The notes beneath the pieces are model-generated. The model was not told where the DNA came from and did not search any database. It was given only the letters and a program-made list of their open reading frames with translations. A stretch of 32,000 nt of DNA from positions 450,001-482,000 of the forward strand of contig CP023991.1 in the NCBI GenBank assembly GCA_003516025.1, given 5' to 3'. The position numbers were made by a program, and so were the translations under genes. Source of the stretch: Candidatus Saccharimonadota bacterium (GTDB taxonomy: Bacteria; Patescibacteriota; Saccharimonadia; Saccharimonadales; UBA4665). This document shows positions 26,010 through 32,000 of this stretch, in pieces. The stretch's first letter is position 1, and each line of letters begins with the position of its first letter.

Positions 26010-26053
26010 ACGTCTATAGTAGCGCCAGATGATTAGTATTGGCAACCTGTTGG

Positions 26054-26395
26054 CTATATTGCCTGGATAATATAGCGGCTGAACCTTTGAGGCAGGCCGC
26101 GACGTGAACTGTGAGGAATAACCGGAACATCATATGTTGGTACGATATAAGTCGGTTCATTATCACGATCAACGTGGTAGGTTTGTGGAGCTGACGGGTC
26201 TTCAATGTTGGGAACGGTCGCAATGCGGCCAGCAAAAGTATGGACGTCCGCGATGGGTTGGTCCCACTCGACGCCACCCGTAACCCCGCGCCTTTCATAT
26301 AAACTTTGCGTCACTACGACGTCCTGGCCAATCCGTAACTCTAAAGACTCATCTAGTGCTAATGGGCTGCCGCTGCGTTCGATCGCGAGTGTCAT
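26054..26395 (-). CDS. Hypothetical protein (orphan) upstream of yajQ
   Basis: 113-aa ORF. GGAAGGA lies 5 nt upstream of the ATG (minus strand). No recognisable motif. Confidence 0.4.
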   Translation of the reverse strand: MTLAIERSGSPLALDESLELRIGQDVVVTQSLYERRGVTGGVEWDQPIADVHTFAGRIATVPNIEDPSAPQTYHVDRDNEPTYIVPTYDVPVIPHSSRRGLPQRFSRYIIQAI

Positions 26396-26520
26396 CTCAA
26401 TCCTTCCAGTTATTTTTTAAATGCTTACGCTTATAATGTCATACTGTTTTAATCTTTGTAAGTGTAACTTTAACCACGGTTATACAAACCTTTAAACCTG
26501 TTAAATACTGCTATACTTGA

Positions 26521-27579
26521 ATGTATATGGAATATACTTACGAACAAATCCGCGCTACCGCCAACGTGCTGAGAGACCAAGTGAGCGGTCTGACTGACCT
26601 TACTAAAAAGCGGGCCATCATGAACGGGCCGGAACTGCGGGGCCTGTACGCTCAAATACCGTTGCTTGAAGCCAGTGAACGTCCTCAGTTCGGCCAGGAA
26701 ATAAATCAGTTGAAGAACGAACTGGAATCCACGTTTGCCCGCATCGAAACCGCTCAGGAGCAGGCCAGTGTGACGCCGATTGATATTACGGCTCCCTATG
26801 ATATAAATGTCCCGGCTGAAAAGCGTCCAACTCTGCTGAGCAGCGCGAATGGTTCCCGCCATCCGCTTTTGGTCGAGCGGGACACCATTTTAGATATTTT
26901 CTACCGCATGGGCTTCACGGCCAGCGAGTCACGCGAGATCGACGACGATTATCATATGTTTGAGGCCCTCAACTTTCCGGAAGGTCATCCGGCCCGCGAT
27001 GATTACGATACCTTTATGACTGAAGACGGTTATATCGCGCCTGCCCATACCAGTACCATGCAGAATCGCCTGCTTAAACAGTATGCCCCTAGCCTTGCTA
27101 AAGGGCAGCCAATCGCTGTTGTTGTACCAGACCGGGTATTTCGTAACGAAGACGTCGATGCCCGCCATGAGCACACCTTTACGCAGCTGGAGGGTATTTA
27201 TGTCGATAAAGGCGTTCATGCCGGCCAGCTTATGGCGACGCTTAAGACATTCCTGACCGAGTATTACCAGAAAGATGTCGAGATCAAAACGCAGCCGTTT
27301 TACTTCCCGTTCACCGAGCCATCGTTTGAATTCGCCCTCAGTTGTCCTTTCTGCGACAAGTCTGGCTGTAATGTCTGTTCCTACACGGGATGGATCGAGT
27401 TGCTCGGCTGCGGCATGATCCACCCTAATGTACTGCGTGAAGCAGGCATTGATCCGTCCGTATACACCGGTTTTGCCTGGGGCTGCGGCATTGACCGGCT
27501 GGTAATGATGAAATACGACATTGAAGACGTCCGCCACTTCCAGAGCGGCAAATTAGAATTTTTGGGGCAGTTCAAATGA
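26521..27579 (+). CDS. pheS: Phenylalanine--tRNA ligase alpha subunit
   Basis: 352 aa. Class II aaRS motifs typical of PheS: FPEGHPARDDYDTF, RVFRNEDVDARHEHTFTQLEG and GFAWGCGIDRLVMMKY. The start may be 26521 or 26527, since TATACT at 26512-26517 is 3 or 9 nt upstream. ATGA overlap with pheT. Confidence 0.95.
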   Translation: MYMEYTYEQIRATANVLRDQVSGLTDLTKKRAIMNGPELRGLYAQIPLLEASERPQFGQEINQLKNELESTFARIETAQEQASVTPIDITAPYDINVPAEKRPTLLSSANGSRHPLLVERDTILDIFYRMGFTASESREIDDDYHMFEALNFPEGHPARDDYDTFMTEDGYIAPAHTSTMQNRLLKQYAPSLAKGQPIAVVVPDRVFRNEDVDARHEHTFTQLEGIYVDKGVHAGQLMATLKTFLTEYYQKDVEIKTQPFYFPFTEPSFEFALSCPFCDKSGCNVCSYTGWIELLGCGMIHPNVLREAGIDPSVYTGFAWGCGIDRLVMMKYDIEDVRHFQSGKLEFLGQFK

Positions 27580-30182
27580 AAATCAGCGTAAATACTATAC
27601 AAAAACTTAATAAGGATAACGGCAGCGTCGCCGATCCGACTATTGGCAGCCTGCCAAAACTGGTTGAACGTATCGGCGCCCAACTGGGCGGCGTCGAAGA
27701 AGTCACACCAATCTGGGCGAAGTATAACGGCGCGCTGATTGTTACCGTGGTCAGTTGTGACGACCACCCTAATGCCGACCGGTTACATGTTTGTATGATT
27801 GATGACGGCGGCGTAGCGCACGGTGTTGATCGGAATGAGAACGGGCTGGTACAAGTCGTCTGCGGCGCGCCTAATGTAAAAGCTGGCGTCAATGTCGTCT
27901 GGCTACCACCAAACGTCACTGTACCAAGCAGTTATGACGACGATCCTTTTGTACTTGAGGCCCGCGAACTTCGAGGAGTCGTAAGTAACGGTATGCTCGC
28001 CAGCCCCAAAGAACTGGCGATCGGTGACAGCCACGAGGGCTTGCTTATCGTTGATGGCCCGGTTAGTCCCGGCACCGCGTTCGCCGCTCACTATAACTTG
28101 GCGGGCGATGAGATCATTGATATTGAAAACAAAATGTTCACCCACCGGCCGGATTGCTTCGGCTGGCTGGGCGTGGCCCGGGAAATCGCCGGTATCCAGG
28201 GGCAGGCCTACAAGAGTCCCGACTGGTACCGTGCCGACATGGCGGTGCCATCTGCCACTAGCCATGACTTACCCCTGGAAGTCCAAAACGAGATTCCAGA
28301 GCTCGTGCCACGATTTATGGCGGTGCCAATGGCAAACATTACCATTGGTCCAAGCCCGGTTTGGCTGCAAACAGATCTAGCCAGGGTAGGCGTGCGTCCG
28401 ATTAACAATATCGTTGACCTGACTAACTACTATATGTTGTTAACAGGCCAGCCGCTGCATGCTTATGATTATGACAAGGTTAAAGCGCTGGATGGGGCTG
28501 ATCACACGACTATAGTGGTCCGCAACCCGCATTACGACGAGAAACTAACACTGTTAAACGGCAAAGACGTCACGCCGCGTAAAGAAGCCATTGTAATCGC
28601 CACCGAAACGCAGGCCATTGGCCTTGGCGGCGTGATGGGCGGCGGCAATACTGAAGTCGACGAAGGCACGACTAATATCATTTTAGAATGTGCCAGCTTC
28701 AACATGTACTCTATCCGTAAAACCAGCATGAGCAGCGGCGTTTTTACGGACGCTGTCACCCGTTTTAATAAGGGCCAAAGTCCGCTCCAGAACGCGGCCG
28801 TTCTGAGCCAAATCATCAAGGACATACAAGCAGTATGCGGCGGCCAGGTTGCCGGTGAAGCTATTGATCTGAACCACTTGCCGGTTGAGGTGCAGCAGCG
28901 CGGTTCACTGTACCTGGACGTAGTTGTATCCCGGGCGTTTATCAATAGCCGGCTCGGCCTTCAGCTGACAACGGAAGATATGTCACGCCTGCTTACGAAC
29001 GTTGAATTTTCCGTAACAACTGACGGCGACAATCTCACCGTCCGGGCACCGTTTTGGCGTACGGACATTGAAATTGCTGAAGACGTCGTCGAAGAAGTTG
29101 GCAGGTTATACGGTTTCGACAAGCTGCCTTTGGAACTTCCTCAGCGGATCATTACGCCGGCGCCTAAAAACAGCCTGCTGGAAACCAAAAAAACGATCCG
29201 CCACATCCTTTCCAGTGCCGGGGCTCACGAACTACTGACGTATAGTTTCGTGCATGGCAACCTGCTGGACACCGTAGGCCACAATCGGGACCATGCCTAT
29301 AAGCTCAGTAACGCGCTTAGTCCGGACCTGCAGTATTACCGCCTCAGCATTACGCCAAGCCTGCTTGAAAAGGTCAACGCTAATATTCGGGCGGGTTACG
29401 GCGAGTTCGCTCTATTTGAGTTCGGTAAAGCACATATTAAGGGTGAGCGCAGTCTGGATGAGCCGGCAGTGCCGGGTGAAAAACACCGTTTGGCGTTTGT
29501 GTATGCCGCTGATACTAAAAACTGGGCCACGGAACAGGGCGCGGTCTACTACCAGGCGAATGAATATCTGATGCGACTCGTCGATACACTGGGTCTGTCC
29601 CGCGGCAAATTACGGCTGGTTCCATTACACGGCAGTTTCGACGCTGCCAATGCGGCTGTTGATGCCTGGGTAGCCCCGTATGCCCGCCAACGCAGCGCCC
29701 TGGTTATGTATACGCTTGATGGCGCGCCGAACGGCAGTGACACGTTGATTGGCGTAATTGGGGAATATAAGCCCTCCGTCGTAAAAGCCCTGAAACTGCC
29801 TCAAGCAACCGCCGGATTCGAGTTGGACACGTTGCTATTACAACTGGCGGCTCGTCAGAATGTAGCAGGCCGGTATACGCAGTTGCCAAAGTACCCGTCG
29901 CTCAGCCAGGATATATCACTCAAAGTTAGCCGTGAGGTTACCTATCAGCAAGTATATGACTGCATCTGGCAGGCGCTGCAGGCAGCTGAACTGGCTGGAA
30001 TGCTGCCGCGGCTTACGCCGCTTGATATATATCAGCGCCAGGACGACGCCGAACATAAGCAGATCACTTTGCGCCTGACGGTCGCTTCATACGAAAAGAC
30101 TTTGGTCGACGCGGAAGTGGCCCGGTTGCTTGATACCGCTGCCGCCGCTGCCGCCGACCAGTTCGATGCTGAGCGGCTGTAG
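27576..30182 (+). CDS. pheT: Phenylalanine--tRNA ligase beta subunit
   Basis: 868 aa. N-terminal tRNA-binding (OB) domain (HPNADRLHVCMID ... VVCGAPNV), B3/4 and B5 regions (HAYDYDK; FWRTDIEIAEDVVEEVGRLYGFD), and a C-terminal anticodon-binding-like domain. Immediately follows pheS. Confidence 0.95.
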   Translation: MKISVNTIQKLNKDNGSVADPTIGSLPKLVERIGAQLGGVEEVTPIWAKYNGALIVTVVSCDDHPNADRLHVCMIDDGGVAHGVDRNENGLVQVVCGAPNVKAGVNVVWLPPNVTVPSSYDDDPFVLEARELRGVVSNGMLASPKELAIGDSHEGLLIVDGPVSPGTAFAAHYNLAGDEIIDIENKMFTHRPDCFGWLGVAREIAGIQGQAYKSPDWYRADMAVPSATSHDLPLEVQNEIPELVPRFMAVPMANITIGPSPVWLQTDLARVGVRPINNIVDLTNYYMLLTGQPLHAYDYDKVKALDGADHTTIVVRNPHYDEKLTLLNGKDVTPRKEAIVIATETQAIGLGGVMGGGNTEVDEGTTNIILECASFNMYSIRKTSMSSGVFTDAVTRFNKGQSPLQNAAVLSQIIKDIQAVCGGQVAGEAIDLNHLPVEVQQRGSLYLDVVVSRAFINSRLGLQLTTEDMSRLLTNVEFSVTTDGDNLTVRAPFWRTDIEIAEDVVEEVGRLYGFDKLPLELPQRIITPAPKNSLLETKKTIRHILSSAGAHELLTYSFVHGNLLDTVGHNRDHAYKLSNALSPDLQYYRLSITPSLLEKVNANIRAGYGEFALFEFGKAHIKGERSLDEPAVPGEKHRLAFVYAADTKNWATEQGAVYYQANEYLMRLVDTLGLSRGKLRLVPLHGSFDAANAAVDAWVAPYARQRSALVMYTLDGAPNGSDTLIGVIGEYKPSVVKALKLPQATAGFELDTLLLQLAARQNVAGRYTQLPKYPSLSQDISLKVSREVTYQQVYDCIWQALQAAELAGMLPRLTPLDIYQRQDDAEHKQITLRLTVASYEKTLVDAEVARLLDTAAAAAADQFDAERL

Positions 30183-30246
30183 TATTTTTCTCTGAACATT
30201 ACGCGGGGCAATATATACTAATAGTTTTAAGAGGAATTTTTAGTAC

Positions 30247-32000
30247 ATGAAGCACTTGCTCCGCATCTTGAAGCTGGCCAGCGAACTACGGAAATATTAC
30301 GTTCTCATCGGTGTTTTTACGGTTTTACTCAGCCTGATGAGCGTTCTCCAGCCGCTGCTTACCGGCTGGGCGATCGACGAGATCAAAAAGGGAACCGGCG
30401 CGGACGTCTCGTTCGTGGCCTGGCTGGCTATTATTATATTTGCTACTGATGTCTTCGCGACAATATTTAGTAACATTGGCGGCTATTTTGGTGACCAGAT
30501 GGCGCTTAAGCTCAATCGTATCTTAAGCCGGAAATACTACAAGCATTTGCTGACACTGCCGCAGAGTTATTTTGACACAGAGTTGTCCGGCAAGATCATC
30601 AGCCGCCTCAACCGGTCGATTAATCAGATTACAAACTTCGTGCAGACCATGAGCAATACCTTTCTGCAGTTCCTGTTCACCACGGTGCTGATTTTGAGTA
30701 TTGTCGCTTATTATAGCTGGCAAACGGCGCTGATGATGCTGTCGTTGTATCCGGTGTATATTTTCCTGACAACCCGTACCAGCCAAAAATGGCGCGACTG
30801 GCAGGCTGAGAAAAACCACAACTTTGATATCGCTAACGGCCGGTTCGGCGAAGTCATCAACCAGGTAAAAGTGGTTAAGAGTTTTCTGCGTGAAAAGAGC
30901 GAAGTGCTGCATTTCGATACTTTTTACGGCAAAGCCCTCGCCGTTAACCGGCCGCAGTCAAAGTACTGGCATAGCCATGATATCTATCGCCGTCTGGTGC
31001 TTAACGTTATCTTTTTGGGTATATATCTGTACATTTTTACCCAGGGTGCCCAGGGACATCTGGCAGCCGGAGCGGTCGTGACACTAATTCTGTACGGTAC
31101 GCAAATCCGCATTCCTATTTTTACTATCAGTATGCTGGTTGATTCGTGGCAGCGCGCGGTGTCCGACAGCAAAGACTACTTTGACATCATGAACCTGAAA
31201 CCGGCCATCGCTGATGCCCCCGATGCTGGCACGCTCAAGGTTACCGACGGCAGCGTTAAACTGAAAAACGTCAACTTCGGGTATACGGCTGACAAACCCG
31301 TCCTTAAAAACATCAATCTGACGATAGCCGCCCATACTAAAGTCGCGCTTGTCGGCGAGAGCGGGGAAGGCAAGTCAACGCTGACCAACCTGATTATGCG
31401 CCTGTATGAGCCTACCAAAGGCACTATTGCGATTGACAAGCAGGATATAGCGGGCGTTACGCAAGCCTCGCTGCGCGGTAACATCGGCGTCGTCTTCCAG
31501 GAGCCGGCACTGTTTAGCGGCACTATCCGGGAAAACATAGCCTACGGGCGCCCGGAAGCCGGCATGGACGAGGTTATTGCCGCCGCTAAAGCTGCTAATG
31601 CCCACAGTTTTGTCGAAAAATTCAAAGAGGGCTATGATACGCCAATCGGCGAACGCGGCCTGAAACTGAGCGGTGGCCAGAAGCAGCGCATCGCTATCGC
31701 CCGGGCTATCCTCAAAGACGCGCCAATCCTGATTTTAGACGAGGCTACCAGCAGCCTGGACAGCCGCAGCGAGCAAATGGTTCAGGAGGCTTTAGAGCAC
31801 CTGATGAAAGGCCGGACGACGATTATCATCGCCCACCGTCTCAGCACTATTCAGCATGTTGACCAGATCGTCACCATTCGTGGCGGCAGGATTGATGAAT
31901 GTGGCGCTCCGCATGAACTGGAACGCACCGGTGGCATTTACGCGCAGCTACTGGAGCTGCAGCAGCGGCACAGCGACACGACCAAGACCAAGAAGCTGAA
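30247..32000 (+). CDS. ABC transporter, fused permease/ATPase (MsbA/multidrug-exporter type), 3' end outside window
   Basis: Not in the ORF track because frame 1 stays open to the window edge. Translation from the ATG at 30247 gives MKHLLRILKLASELRKYYVLIGVFTVLLSL ... FDTELSGKIISRLNRSINQITNF (ABC exporter transmembrane domain). Downstream are Walker A GESGEGKST, signature LSGGQKQRIAIARA and Walker B ILILDEATS. AAGAGGA lies 11 nt upstream. Confidence 0.9.
   Translation, partial: MKHLLRILKLASELRKYYVLIGVFTVLLSLMSVLQPLLTGWAIDEIKKGTGADVSFVAWLAIIIFATDVFATIFSNIGGYFGDQMALKLNRILSRKYYKHLLTLPQSYFDTELSGKIISRLNRSINQITNFVQTMSNTFLQFLFTTVLILSIVAYYSWQTALMMLSLYPVYIFLTTRTSQKWRDWQAEKNHNFDIANGRFGEVINQVKVVKSFLREKSEVLHFDTFYGKALAVNRPQSKYWHSHDIYRRLVLNVIFLGIYLYIFTQGAQGHLAAGAVVTLILYGTQIRIPIFTISMLVDSWQRAVSDSKDYFDIMNLKPAIADAPDAGTLKVTDGSVKLKNVNFGYTADKPVLKNINLTIAAHTKVALVGESGEGKSTLTNLIMRLYEPTKGTIAIDKQDIAGVTQASLRGNIGVVFQEPALFSGTIRENIAYGRPEAGMDEVIAAAKAANAHSFVEKFKEGYDTPIGERGLKLSGGQKQRIAIARAILKDAPILILDEATSSLDSRSEQMVQEALEHLMKGRTTIIIAHRLSTIQHVDQIVTIRGGRIDECGAPHELERTGGIYAQLLELQQRHSDTTKTKKL

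Noticed and set aside
26396-26520. A T-box or other leader upstream of pheS
   Set aside because: The gap is only about 125 bp. A TATACT hexamer sits 3-9 nt from the start codon, so there is no room for a structured leader of 200-300 nt. I saw no specifier or terminator-antiterminator arrangement.
27576-27579. Alternative genetic code (UGA recoding, as in some CPR lineages)
   Set aside because: pheS terminates at a TGA within the ATGA overlap with pheT, at the expected protein length. All long ORFs are intact under code 11, so there is no sign of UGA read-through.
1-32000. CRISPR arrays, tRNA/rRNA genes, IS elements or prophage remnants
   Set aside because: Reading both strands, I found no spaced direct-repeat arrays, no T-loop (GTTCGAATC-like) or cloverleaf candidates, and no transposase or integrase motifs. 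The only repeats found are the short ones listed as features.

Overview
This is a 32-kb chromosomal window from a compact, gene-dense bacterial genome using the standard code (pheS ends in TGA). I count about 31 protein genes and found no rRNA, tRNA, CRISPR array, integrase or transposase. Phylogenetic placement is not possible without marker RNAs. The tight packing and the many orphan ORFs would fit a reduced genome such as CPR/Saccharibacteria-like, but that is inference only.

Recognisable core genes:
- pheS-pheT, rmuC, yajQ and a methylpurine DNA glycosylase.
- Two convergent SDR oxidoreductases.
- A divergent Fur/Zur-family regulator and ZIP metal transporter pair.
- An alpha/beta hydrolase and a GH63/MGH1-like glycosidase.
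- A SpoT-type HD hydrolase, a DinB/TIGR03086-like protein, and PspC and DUF3072 small proteins.
- A DUF2130 coiled-coil/nuclease-fold protein.
- A 5'-truncated giant transglutaminase-like membrane protein.
- A 3'-truncated ABC exporter (30247 to the window end) that the ORF track misses because it has no stop in the window.

The clearest accessory block is a lower-GC island of about 7 kb (roughly 7.66-14.59 kb). It encodes a Type III restriction-modification pair (mod/res, 8-nt overlap) followed by a separately promoted DUF262 + His-Me (GmrSD-like) enzyme.

Noncoding observations:
- The only long ORF-free gap (19686-19953) has a near-consensus minus-strand promoter, a nested stem structure and a strong minus-strand intrinsic terminator. 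This makes a candidate sRNA of about 190 nt.
- About 14 genes carry a TANNNT hexamer 6-8 nt upstream of the ATG, which suggests leaderless mRNAs.
- An AAATTGC-N9-GCAATTT inverted repeat lies between the Fur-family and ZIP genes.
- Four convergent gene pairs share overlapping stop codons.

All functional calls come from motif recognition by eye. No database search was run.
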